64,000 nucleotides of DNA from Candidatus Paraprochloron terpiosi LD05 (GCA_018141785.1 CP073341.1:2837261-2901260), one strand, 5' to 3'; numbered from the stretch's first letter, positions 39,097 to 49,492 are shown. The notes: a model not told the origin generated them from the sequence alone. Made by a program: numbers and translations.

Positions 39097-39145
39097 TCAC
39101 GCAGAGGCGCAGAGGCGCAGAGGGAGGTGAGGAAAGATTTTTTTG
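39097..39145. repeat. GCAGAGGC-type tandem/dispersed repeat
   Basis: TTCACGCAGAGGCGCAGAGGCGCAGAGGGAGGTGAGGAAAGATTTTT. A related copy lies at 63243..63290. Confidence 0.6.
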
Positions 39146-39263
39146 CTTTTAAATCATCCCAGAATATTAAAAGTAGGGTGCAGAGAGAATTCATTAGTCC
39201 ACGCTAGGTGGACTTCCCGATTAGAGTCGAGGGAGCTGCCACGCAGCTCGCCCCTCTCCTACG

Positions 39264-39291
39264 ACACCGAAGGTGCCGCCTTTGGCGTCCC
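39264..39291. repeat. Mini-palindrome P2
   Basis: ACACCGAAGGTGCCGCCTTTGGCGTCCC inside domain V of A2. Confidence 0.75.
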
Positions 39292-39307
39292 GGACGTGCA
39301 AGTTTCC

Positions 39308-39333
39308 CCCCCGCCATTAATCAATGCCGGGGG
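39308..39333. repeat. Mini-palindrome P1 (26 nt)
   Basis: Exact copy, replacing part of domain V of A2. Confidence 0.85.
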
Positions 39334-39344
39334 CTCAGGTGCTT

Positions 39345-41156
39345 CTATGCCTTTACGGCGCGCTGACATTGACCGTCCTTAATACGCTTGCGATGTATCG
39401 CTTGCGCCTGGTGACACTCTCGGTGGAGGGCAACTAGATTCTTACGTTTCCAGTTGTTATGGTTGCCATCTATGTGGTGCAATTCCACGGCTCCATCCAT
39501 CTCCATGAACAATCGATTGCAATGCTGACATTTGCCCTTCTGTCGCTTAATTGCTTCAGCGGTTGGCCCACTGTACAGTTTGGAATTCCGGCCAACCCAA
39601 TAGGAAACATTCCCATCGTAGGGTGAGGCATCACCTTTGACCCCCGCCATTAATCAATGCCGGGGGCCGTTGACTTTCCAGGGAATTGCTGGGAAAGCAA
39701 TATGTACCTGCTCACTGGTGAGCTGTCGTTTGGCCGCCCCTTGGGGTTTAATCCCCTTAGTGGCGAGCCGTCGTGCTTTCTCTGCTTCCATAGTCGCCAT
39801 CCTGCGTTTTTCTGCCCTTAGTTTGCGCCATAGCCATGTCCGCAGCGGGTCATAGGGCGTGTTTACCCATATCGCAGCTTGAGTGATATTGCCTCCAGCC
39901 TCGGACTTGTGACTCAATCCTTTTCAGACGAGCTTCCGTGGTTGCACCACTTTTCCAGGTTGCTTTAACCTTAGCCTTTATGTCTGCATAATTCTCGGAA
40001 CTCGGTGTGGATTTAAATACCCCACGAGAGTTGACGCGGAAGCGCCATCCCAGGAAATCGAATCCATCCGTTGCCTTACTCACCTTAGTCTTAGCTTCAT
40101 TAATTCTTAGCCCTCTGGACTTTAAGAATTTGTCTATATCCTCCCAGAGTCGCTGGATATCGGCTCCAGGCTTTAGGATAAAGACCGCGTCATCCGCATA
40201 ACGAATACCCCTTATTAGCGGTTCGTCTGACCGCTGCTTTTTCCGTTGGTCTAACCCTAGGTTCTCAAATCCATCTAGGGCGATATTGGCCAGTAGTGGT
40301 GATATGACCCCGCCTTGGGGGGTGCCCTTGATACTGGAGGGATATTCACCACGGACGCCAGCTTTTACTGCAAGTCCGAGACCCTTTCGAGCCTCTTTTG
40401 GCAAAGTCACTCTTCTGAGCATTAACTCATGGTCAATTTCGTCAAAGCATTTGCTAATATCTGTTTCCAGTATTGACTTTTCCTTGCCATTAGCATTGCT
40501 ACTGAGATTAAGAAAACTCAGCTGTTGTGCGGACGCACAACAGCGACCGGGTCGGAAGCCGTAGCTCCTTTCTCCGGCAGTGGCCTCATAGGCAGGCTCG
40601 GCTGCTAACTTGAGCAGTGCTTGCCATGCCCGGTCAGCCATTGTAGGGATGCCTAAACCCCGTGTTTTGCCGTTGGGCTTGGGGATGTTCACCCTTCTCA
40701 GTTGCTGGTGTCTCCAGTGGTGCCAATGCTTATTCAACTTTTGACACAGCACTAAACGCTCCCGTTTGATTCGTGCGGTTTTTCCATCAACTCCGGGGGT
40801 CTTACGCCCAAGATTTCGCTGTGTTACTTGTTTGACGGCCCTAGCTCTGGGCTGCACGGCTTTGTAATAGAAGCCGTTGTAAGCGTTTGACTTTGGATTT
40901 TTGATTGTTATGCATGCGCTTTGAAGATACACCGTTGTAACCGAAAGACCTGTTGCCGGAATCGCTTCCATGGCAAGTCCTTCCAGACATCGTCAGCCCT
41001 CCGGCCAATCTTCCCCGCCATTAGCAAAACTGCTAGGTGGAGCCTCAAGGCTTTCAGACTGCGGTATTCGATTGAAGTCGGGTTAGTGATGTTCACAGTT
41101 TTGACCTCATTAGTCGCTCTACTAGTTACATTGGGTCTCTTCTCTGTAGAAACCAT
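39345..41156 (-). pseudogene. Family A IEP pseudogene of A2 (at least 4 ORF pieces)
   Basis: Track ORFs 40908..41156, 39850..40971, 39654..39917 and 39345..39650. It has RT motifs, YADDAVF and HNH. It is broken by frameshifts and by P1. Confidence 0.85.
39641..39666. repeat. Mini-palindrome P1 (26 nt)
   Basis: Exact copy, at the same IEP codon position as 35402..35427. Confidence 0.85.
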
Positions 41157-41489
41157 CGGGCAGTTACGCCCTTCTTACCCTCGCCCTTCCGATAGGCCGT
41201 TAATCACGCGACCCCACCACATCACATGTTGGGCTTGGAATCCCCTGCTTCAGTGGAAGTTGAGCGAGTTTTTACTCGTTGGGAATGAACTATTGTTACG
41301 AACCCTTGGGACTCATCCCTTGGGTCATCACCAACTCAGGAATGTAAGTACTCTATTAATGGTCTTACGAGTTTCTTTCGGTGTCTTTTCTGCTCTCTAG
41401 CGGCTCGGCAGTGTCTTGCGTTAGGTCTTTTCGTAGATGATTCACGTTAGGTTATCCCGGTGTTCTCCCTGTTAGCAGTGTTACCGACG

Positions 41490-41517
41490 ACACCGAAGGT
41501 GCCGCCCAAGGCGTCCC
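41490..41517. repeat. Mini-palindrome P2
   Basis: ACACCGAAGGTGCCGCCCAAGGCGTCCC at the apex of the hairpin CGACGAG/CTCGTC. It is absent in copy A4. Confidence 0.75.
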
Positions 41518-41582
41518 GCTCGTCAGCTCCAGTCCCGCCCTGCTGCCAGCTTCCGTCTGGTGATTAACCTCACGGTGGCCAG

Positions 41583-41611
41583 CCCGGAGGGCGCGGCTGC
41601 GCAGGAGCAGG
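41583..41611. repeat. Mini-palindrome P3 variant (reverse orientation)
   Basis: CCCGGAGGGCGCGGCTGCGCAGGAGCAGG. It occupies the position where A1 reads GCCAG-ATAA-GGATTCAC. Confidence 0.6.
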
Positions 41612-41909
41612 GGATTCACGTGATTCCTTCACGGGAGAGGCTCGGTTACACGATTACTGACCGTTGTACTCACTCTCATAGTTCATTCAGTTGTCAAGGT
41701 TCGGTAATCACTACCTTAGAGGTTCGGCAACCCTGTTTTGAGGTCACTTAATTTCTCTCGCTTTTCCCTTATGGGTCTCGCGTTCAGGTAGGAGTCGTTT
41801 GTCCGTTTTCAGCCCCCCCTTTTGGTGGCTATCGGAAACGATGTCCCAGAAACCAGGCTCCTGCTTATGTTTGGCTTACGCCGCGACCTTCACAGGAAAC
41901 GAGCCGCAC

Positions 41910-42114
41910 TATTAGACCGCAATTCGCGGGCGAGCAAGCAGCCGAGCTTTACTATTCCTGTAGGGACAACTTATGAAGTAGTAACCCCTCATAGTTTAGA
42001 AGGATGGTACGAAGAATCCACTAGTAAAGCTTTCGGGGATAAGTGGATTAGGGAGGTAAGGTCATGTATTCTCATTGTATCGTCTCTAGTAGCCAAAGAG
42101 GACAATAATATTTT
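41910..42114 (+). pseudogene. RES-domain toxin gene remnant, middle segment
   Basis: ...FTIPVGTTYEVVTPHSLEGWYEESTSKAFGDKWIREVRSCILIVSSLVAKEDNNIL. The frame continues at 47426. No N-terminal half was found. Confidence 0.5.
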
Positions 42115-42199
42115 ATTAGAGTCGAGGGAGGTGTTACCACCTCGCCCCTCTCCTACGAACCGGACGTGAGACTTTCACCTCATCCGGCTCAGATGTCGT

Positions 42200-42637
42200 C
42201 TATGCCTTTACGGCGCGCTTTGCGAGTCCGTCGTTAATACGTTTGCGGTGTACCGCTTGCGCCTGGTGACATTCTCGATGGAGAGCGACTAGATTCTTGC
42301 GTTTCCAGTTGTTATGGTTGCCGTCAATGTGGTGCAACTCCACAGCACCGTCTATCTCCATGAACTTACGGTTGCAATGCTGACACTTACCCTTCTGTCG
42401 TTTGAGGGCTTCAGCGGTTGGTCCACTGTATAGTTTGGAATTACGGTTGACCCAATAGGTGATGTTTCCGTTGTAGGGTGAGGCATTTCCTTTGACCATC
42501 ACGTGGTCGTTGACTTTCCAGGAAACTTTTGGGAAGGCTTTCTCTATCTGCTTTGATGTAAGCTGGCGTTTAGCCGCTCCTAAGGGTTTACCCTTGATTG
42601 CCAGACGTCTTGCTTTCTTTGCTTCCTTTTGAGCCAT
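42200..42637 (-). pseudogene. C-terminal (HNH) part of the outer intron's IEP
   Basis: 145-aa ORF ...WKVNDHVMVKGNASPYNG...CQHCNRKF...ELHHIDGNHNNW. Confidence 0.8.
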
Positions 42638-42750
42638 CCTGCGTTTTTCCGCCCTCAGCTTATGCCATACCCAGTGATTAGAGTCGAGGGGGATGTTACC
42701 ACCCCGCCCCTCTCCTACGAACTGTACGTGAGACTTTCACCTCATACAGC

Positions 42751-44553
42751 TCAGGTGCTTCTACACCAATGGGAGGCGCGCTTTACGAGTCCGTCTTTAA
42801 TGCGCTTGCGGTGTATCGCTTGCGTTTGATGACATTCCCGATGGAGGGCGACTAGATTCTTACGTTTCCAGTTGTTATGGTTACCGTCAATGTGGTGCAA
42901 CTCCACGGCACCATCCATCTCCATGAACTTACGGTTGCAATGCTGACACTTACCCTTCTGTCGCTTGATAGCTTCAGCGGTTGGCCCACTATATAGTTTG
43001 GAATTTCGACCGGGCCAATAGGAGATGTTCCCATTGTAGGGTGAGGCATCACCTGTAACCATCACGTGGTTATTGACTTTCCAGGGAACTGTTGGGAAAG
43101 CTTTCTTAATCTGCTCTGATGTGAGCGCGCCTCGCGCGCTCCTAAGGGTTTACCCTTGATAGCCAGACGTCTTGCTTTCTCTGCTTCCTTGATTGCCATC
43201 CTGCGTTTTTCAGCCCTCAGCTTACGCCATACCCAGTGACTGAGCGACCATAGCGAGTGCTTGCTCATATCGCAGTTTTTGTGATACTGCCTCCAACCTC
43301 GGACTTGTGACTCTATCCTTTTCAGGCGAGCCTCCGTGGTTGCGCCATTTTTCCAAGTGGCTTTTACTTTGGCCTTGATGTCTGCATAATTCTCGGAGCT
43401 CGGTGTAGATTTGAAGACTCCACGGGAGTTGACACGAAAGCGCCACCCTAAGAAGTCGAACCCATCCGTAGCTTTACTCACCTTAGTCTTAGTTTCATTG
43501 ATTCTTAGCCCTCTGGACTCCAGGAATTCGTCGATATCTTCCCGTAGCTTCTTGGTATCAGCTTTGGGTTTACAGATAAAGACCGCGTCATCTGCATAAC
43601 GTATACCCCTTATGAGAGTCCCATTTTTGCGACTCCCTTTCCATTGGTCAGACCCTAGGTTCTCAAATCCATCTAGGGCGATGTTGGCCAGTAGGGGTGA
43701 TATGACACCACCCTGGGGCGTACCCTTAATACTGGAGGGATATTCACCGCGAACGCCTGCTTTTACAGCCAGTTTGAGACCTTTGAGAGCCTCTTTAGGT
43801 AGGACTACTCCTTTGAGCATGACTTTATGGTCAATTTCGTCGAAGCATAAGAGGGATGTCTGTTTCCAAGACCAGCTTGTTCTTACCATTTGCTTGGCTG
43901 CTTAGATTCTGGAAAATCAGCTTTTGTGCGTCCGCAGTACAGCGACCGGGTCGGAAGCCGTAGCTCCTTTCTCCGGCGGTTGCTTCATAGGTTGGCTCGG
44001 CTGCTGATTTGAGCAGCGCTTGCCAAGCCCGGTCAGCTATTGTCGGGATGCCTAGACCCCTTACTTTGCCGTTAGGCTTGGGGATATTAACCCTTCTCAG
44101 TTGCTGGTGTTTCCAGTGGTACCAATGCTTGTTTAGTCTTTGGCACAGTGTCAGACGCTCCTTGGTGGAGAGTGCTGTTTTACCATCAACTCCGGGGGAC
44201 TTACGCCCTGTATTCAGCTGTGCTACTTGTTTGACGGCCAGTGCTTGGGCTGCACGACTCTGTAATAGGAGCCGTTGTAAACGTTTAACCTTGGCTTTTT
44301 GACCATTCTTTTGCGCTTTGAAGATACACCGCTGTAACCGAAATACCTGATTGTGGAATCGCTTCCACGGTAGGTCTTTCCAGACATCGTCAGCTCTCCG
44401 GCCAATCTTCCCCGCTAGTAGGAATGCTGCTAAGTGGAGCCTCAAGGCTTTTAAACTGCGGTATTCGATTGAAGTCTGGTTAGTGATATTCACAGTTTTG
44501 ACCTCATTAATCGCTCTGATAATTACACTGGGTATCTTCTCTGTAGAAACCAT
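42751..44553 (-). pseudogene. IEP pseudogene of the inner intron (3 ORF pieces)
   Basis: Track ORFs 43831..44553, 43062..43889 and 42751..43065. It has the same ETDIPLMLR/TSLLCFDEI +1 frameshift as the copy at 34570. Confidence 0.85.
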
Positions 44554-44619
44554 CGGGCAGTTACGCCCTCTCTTACCCTCGCTTTTCCGATAGGCCGTTA
44601 ATCAAGCGACCCCACCACT

Positions 44620-44649
44620 CCTGCTCCTGCGCAGCCGCGCCTGAGCAGG
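44620..44649. repeat. Mini-palindrome P3 (30 nt)
   Basis: CCTGCTCCTGCGCAGCCGCGCCTGAGCAGG. Confidence 0.8.
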
Positions 44650-45003
44650 CATTGTTGGGATTGGACTCCCCTGTTTCCGTGGAGGTTGAGCGAGTTTTTA
44701 CTCGTTCCGAATGAACTATTGCTACGAACCCTTGGGACTCATCCCTTGACCTATCACCAACTCAGGAATGTAAGTGTCTCAGCACTGAAACTTACGAGTT
44801 TCTATCGGTGTCTTTTCTGTCTTTAGCGACTTGACAGTGTCTGGTATTAGGTCTTTTTCAGATGATTCACATTAAGTTATCCCGGTGTTCTCCCTGTTAG
44901 CGGTGTTACCGACGAGCCGCTCGTCAGCTCCAGACCCGCCCTGCTGCCAGCTTCCGCCTGGTGATTAACCTCACGGTGGCCAGATAAGGATTCACGTGAT
45001 TCC

Positions 45004-45033
45004 CCTGCTCCTGCGCAGCCGCGCCTGAGCAGG
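45004..45033. repeat. Mini-palindrome P3 (30 nt)
   Basis: Same 30-mer. A1 lacks it at this site (gattcc-ttcat-gggagagg). Confidence 0.8.
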
Positions 45034-45312
45034 CGGGAGAGGCTTGGTTGCACGATTTCTGACCGTGCCCTCACTCTCATAGTTCATTCAGTTGTCAAGG
45101 TTCGGTAATCATTACCTTAGAGGTTCGGTAATCCTATTTGAATCACCTGATTCCTCTCGCGTTTTCCCTTATGGGTCTCGCGTTCAGGTAGGAGTCGTTT
45201 GTCCGTTTTCAGCCCCTTTCGGTGGCTTAGATTATCGGAGACGATGTCCCGGAAACCCTGCTCCTGCTTATGTTTGGCTTATGCCGCGACCTTTACAGGA
45301 AACGAGCCGCAC

Positions 45313-46640
45313 ACTGAGTGACCATAGCGAGTGCTTGCTCATGTCGCAATTTTTGTGATACTGCCTCCAACCACGGATTTGTGACCCTATCCTTTTCAGG
45401 CGAGCATCCGTGGTTGCGCCGTTCTTCCAGGTGGTTTTAACCTTAGCCTTGATGTCCGCATAATTCTCGGAACTCGGTGCGGATTTAAAGACCCCATGGG
45501 AATTGACCCTAAAGTTCCATCCCAGGAAGTTGAATCCGTCCGTAGCCTTACTCACCTTAGTCTTAGTTTCGTTAATTCTTAGTCCTCTGGTCTTTAGGAA
45601 TTTGTCGATATCCTCCCGTAGCCTCTTGGTATCAGCTCCGGGTTTACAGATAAAGACCGCGTCGTCTGCGTAACGAACACCTCTTATGAGAATCCCATCT
45701 CTGCGACTCTTTTTCCATTGATTCGTTCCTAGATTCTCAAATCCATCTAGAGCGATGTTGGCCAGTAGGGGTGAAATCACTCCACCCTGGGGCGTACCCT
45801 TAATACTGGAGGGGTATTCACCACGAACGCCAGCTTTTACAGCCATCTTTAACCCCTTTAGGGCTTCGATTGGTAGGACTACTCCATCGAGCATAACCTT
45901 GTGGTCAATTTCGTCAAAGCATTTGCTAATATCTGTTTCCAGTATCAGCTTTTCCCTGCCATTTGTTTTGCTTCTGAGGTTATTGAAGATTAGCTGTTGT
46001 GCGTCCGCAGTACAGCGACCGGGTCGAAAGCCGTAGCTTCTTTCTCCGGCAGTAGCCTCATAGGCAGGCTCTGCTGCTAATTTGAGCAACGCTTGCCACG
46101 CCCGGTCGGCTATTGTAGGGATGCCCAATCCACGAGTTTTGCCGTTTGGCTTCGGGATATTTATCCTTCTTAGTTGCTGGTGTTTCCAGTGGTGCCAGTG
46201 CTTGTTCAGCCTTTGACACAACACTAGACGCTCTTTAGTAGAGAGTGCGGTTTTGCCATCAACTCCGGGGGACTTACGTCCTGTGTTTAGCTGTGTTACT
46301 TGTTTGACGGCTCCCGGCATCCTCGATGGCGGGAGGCTGCACGACTCTGTAGTAGGAGCCGTTGTAAACGTTTGACTTTGGCTTTTTGACCGTTCCTTTG
46401 CGCTTTAAAGATTGCCCGTTGTAATCGAAAAACATGATACCGGAATCGCTTCCATGGCAGGTCTTTCCAGACATCACTAGCCTTCCGGCCAATCTTCTCC
46501 ACCGACAGAAATACTGCCAAGTGAAGTCTCAGGGCTTTCAGACTAGGGTATTCGGTTGTAGTCTGGTTAGTGAAATTCACAAGTTTGACCTCATTAGTCG
46601 CTCTGATAATTACATTGGGTATCTTCTCTGTAGAGACCAT
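45313..46640 (-). pseudogene. N-terminal/RT part of the outer intron's IEP (frameshifted by a P1-variant insert)
   Basis: Track ORFs 46296..46640 and 45268..46320. CTCCCGGCATCCTCGATGGCGGGAG (46311..46335) interrupts LLLQSRAA|VKQVTQLN. Confidence 0.8.
46311..46335. repeat. Mini-palindrome P1 variant (P1b)
   Basis: CTCCCGGCATCCTCGATGGCGGGAG. Confidence 0.6.
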
Positions 46641-46713
46641 CGGGCAGTTACGCCCTCTCTTACCCTCGCTCTTCCGTTAGGCCGTTAATCAGGCGACCCC
46701 ACCACTTCACATG

Positions 46714-46758
46714 CCTGCTCCTGCGCAGCCGCGCCCCCGGCATCCGCGATGGCGGGGG
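46714..46758. repeat. P3 half-copy interrupted or replaced by a P1b variant (nested mini-palindromes)
   Basis: CCTGCTCCTGCGCAGCCGCGC followed by CCCCCGGCATCCGCGATGGCGGGGG. The 3' half of P3 (CTGAGCAGG) is missing. Confidence 0.6.
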
Positions 46759-47117
46759 TTGGGCTTGGAATCCCTAGTTTCCGTGGAAGTTGAGCGAGTT
46801 TTTACTCGTTCCGAATGAACTATTGTTGCGAACCCTTGGGACTCATCCATTGACCTATCACCAACTCAGGAATGTAAGTGTCTTAATGCTGAACCTTACG
46901 AGTTTCTTTCGGTGTTTCTTCTGTCGTCTGTAACGGCCTTTCGACAGTGTCACTTCTTAGGTCTTTTCGTAGATGATTCACGATTAAGTTATCCCGGTGT
47001 TCTCCCTGTTAGCGGAAGTATCTCTGCCTAACCGTTTGGCCGCACTTTACTGCCCTGTTGCCAGCTTCAGCCTGATGATTAATCTCACTGTGGCCAGATA
47101 AGGATTCACGTGATTCC

Positions 47118-47147
47118 CCTGCTCCTGCGCAGCCGCGCCTGAGCAGG
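47118..47147. repeat. Mini-palindrome P3 (30 nt)
   Basis: CCTGCTCCTGCGCAGCCGCGCCTGAGCAGG. Confidence 0.8.
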
Positions 47148-47425
47148 CGGGAGAGACTTGGTAACACGATTTCTGACCGTGTCCTCACTCTCATAATTCA
47201 TTCAGTTATCATGGTTCGGTTATCACTACCCTAGAGGTTCGGTAATCCTATTTGAATCACCTAATTTTCTCTTGTGTTTCTCTGGCGGGTCTCACATTCA
47301 GGTAGGAATCATTTGTCCGTTTTCAGCCTATTTCTGGGCTTAAATTATCGGAAACGATGCCCCTGAAACCAAGTCCTAGCTTATGTTTGGCCTAGGCCGC
47401 GACTTTTGCTAGGAACGAGCCGCAC

Positions 47426-47513
47426 GATTAATGAAGCTCACCCCCAGTTCCCCAATATTGAAAAAAGTCTCAACCGTCCATTGGTTTGGGATAAACGACT
47501 CTTCTCTAACTGA
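47426..47513 (+). pseudogene. RES-domain toxin gene remnant, C-terminal segment
   Basis: Joined in frame to 42114 it gives ...KEDNNILINEAHPQFPNIEKSLNRPLVWDKRLFSN*. This N.L.N..HP.F....FD.RL-like ending is typical of RES proteins. Confidence 0.5.
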
Positions 47514-47687
47514 GTTATTATGATTAAACAAACTCGATTAGGCACTCTTGACAGAGAGAGAGAAAGATAAAATAACAGCTCCAAACTATCAACTAGCTGC
47601 CAGAAATGTATCTGGATTCATCTGCGTTTATCTGTGTTCATCTGCGGTTCAATACATCCACTTTAAATCATACCACAACCATGAGCA

Positions 47688-48088
47688 GTTGAAGTAGAGT
47701 GCTCTGTTACCAAAGCGACCCTCTTCTTAGAACCGTGCGTGCGATTCTCACCGCACACGGCTCCCCAATTTCATCGCTGTTAAGCGCTCTTTCTAAGAGA
47801 TGCCCTCTTTGATTCGGTCCTTGTGAACCTCCTGGTATTGATGGCATTCCCTGTGCATAGCTTTGAGATTACGGCGTTTCCAGTTATTGTGGTCTCCATC
47901 CGCGTGGTGCAATTCCACTATATCGCTAAGCAGAAACGGTTCATTGCAATGAGCACATCGAAGTTTCTGTCTTTTCATAGCCTTTCCGGTCGGACTATCC
48001 GCGTATAGTTCAGACTTCCGGTTAACCCAGTAAGTCGTGTTCCCGTCATACGGGCTTGCGGTTCCCTTAACCATTACGTGGCTGTTTA
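47688..48088 (-). mobile_element. Family E group II intron 3' fragment (E2) with the HNH end of its IEP
   Basis: Domain V is GAGCCGTGTGCGGTGAGAATCGCACGCACGGTTCT. Domain VI is ...AGAGCACTCTACTTCAAC, ending at 47688. ORF 47793..48074 has the HNH motif (CAHCNEPF...ELHHADGDHNNW). Confidence 0.6.
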
Positions 48089-48170
48089 TCGAGATAGGTA
48101 GACTCTTACGGGTTTTCCCCCTCGCAGTAACGGACGTGCAACTTTCAAAGCATCCTGCTCCTGGTGTTTC
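48089..48170 (-). mobile_element. Family C 3' fragment (C3: domain V plus a truncated domain VI)
   Basis: Minus strand GAGCAGGATGCTTTGAAAGTTGCACGTCCGTTAC...GTCTACCTATCTCGA, abutting ...TAAACAGCCACGTAATGGTT of the E2 IEP gene. Confidence 0.45.
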
Positions 48171-49379
48171 AGCTTACTCACTCTAGTAACTATCGCTTTT
48201 GTCTTATCCTTACAGGTTTTCAGACGGACTCTACTAGTGATTTTTGTCCTCTTTAATCCCTGCCCGCCTCTGTTTGCTTAATTAGAGTCGAGGGAGCTGC
48301 CACGCAGCTCGCCCCTCTCCTACGAACTGTACGTGAGACTTTCACCTCATACAGCTCAGGTGCTTCTATGCCAATGGGAGGCGCGCTTTCGTAGACCGTC
48401 CTTAATACGCTTGCGGTGTATCGCTTGCGCCTGGTGACACTCTCGATGGAGGGCAACTAGATTCTTACGTTTCCAGTTGTTATGGTTGCCATCGATGTGG
48501 TGCAACTCCACGGCTCCGTCCATCTCCATGAACAATCGGTTGCAGTGCTGACATTTGCCCTTCTGTAGCTTAATGGCATCAGCGGTTGGCCCACTATATA
48601 GTTTGGAATTCCAACCAACCCCCGCCATTGACTTTCCAGGGAATTGCTGGGAAAGCTTTCCTTTTTTGCTCTGATGTGAGCTGACGCTTCGCTGACCCCT
48701 GTGGCTTTTTGCCAAAAGTTGCCATCTGTCGTGCTTTCTCTGCTTCCTTTTGAGCCATCCTACGTTTTTCAGCTCTCAACTTCCGCCATACCCATTGTTT
48801 GAGCGACCATAGCGAGTGCTTACCCATATCGCAGTTTGAGTGATATTGCCTCCAGCCTCGGACTTGTGACTCTATCCTTTTCAGACGAGCTTCCGTGGTA
48901 GCACCACAATTCCTGAGTTGCTTTAACCTTGGCCTTTATGTCTGCATGATTCTCGTTACTCGGTGTGGATTTGAATACTTCTCTTGAATTAACGCGAAAG
49001 CGCCATCCCAGAAAATCGAATCCATCCGTAGCTTTACTCACCTTCGTCTTAGCTTCATTTATCCTTAGCCCTCTGGACTTTAAGAATTTGTCTATATCTT
49101 CTCTTAACCGCGTGGTGTCGGCTTCGGGTTTACAGATAAAGACCGCGTCGTCTGCGTAACGTATACCCCTTATTAGGCTCCTTGAGCGTTGCCTTTTCCA
49201 TTGGTCAGACTTTGACCCATCACCAACTCAGGAATGTAAATATTCTGGTCTACCTTACGAGTTTCTTTCGGTGTCTCTTCTGCTCTTTAGCGGCTTGGCA
49301 GTGTCTGCGTTTAGGTCTTTTCTCAGATGATTCACGTTAAGTTATCCCGGTGTTCTCCCTGTTAGCGGTGTTACCGACG

Positions 49380-49407
49380 ACACCGAAGGTGCCGCCCTTG
49401 GCGTCCC
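49380..49407. repeat. Mini-palindrome P2
   Basis: ACACCGAAGGTGCCGCCCTTGGCGTCCC, at the same hairpin apex as in A2. Confidence 0.75.
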
Positions 49408-49492
49408 GCTCGTCAGCTCCAGTCCCGCCCTGCTGCCAGCTTCCGCCTGGTGATTAACCTCGCGGTGGCCAGATAAGGATTCACGTGATTCC

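Larger units (their letters stand above)
39220..41909 (-). mobile_element. Family A group II intron, degenerate (A2)
   Basis: The 5' end GTGCGGCTCGTTTCCTGTGAAGGTCGCGG lies at 41909 and the 3' end ...CGACTCTAAT at 39220. Domain V is disrupted by P2 (39264..39291) and P1 (39308..39333). It also carries a P3-like insert (41583..41611) and P2 (41490..41517). Confidence 0.8.
42677..45312 (-). mobile_element. Inner family A intron of the twintron (A4), full length with a broken IEP
   Basis: The 3' end ...CGACTCTAAT lies at 42677 and the 5' end GTGCGGCTCGTTTCCTGTAAAGGTCGCGG at 45312. Domain V GAGCTGTATGAGGTGAAAGTCTCACGTACAGTTCG is intact. It carries P3 copies at 44620 and 45004. Confidence 0.8.
42115..47425 (-). 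mobile_element. Group II twintron: outer family A intron (42115..42676 plus 45313..47425) carrying an inner family A intron
   Basis: The outer 3' end ...CGACTCTAAT lies at 42115 and the 5' end GTGCGGCTCGTTCCTAGC at 47425. The outer IEP ORF reads ...KHSLWSLS | HWVWHKLRAEKRR across the inner intron boundaries. Confidence 0.8.

Noticed and set aside
38758-39194. ORFs 38758..38964 (plus) and 38931..39194 (minus)
   Set aside because: They are AT-rich or repeat-derived (the GCAGAGGC repeat is translated), with no motifs and no plausible ribosome-binding context.
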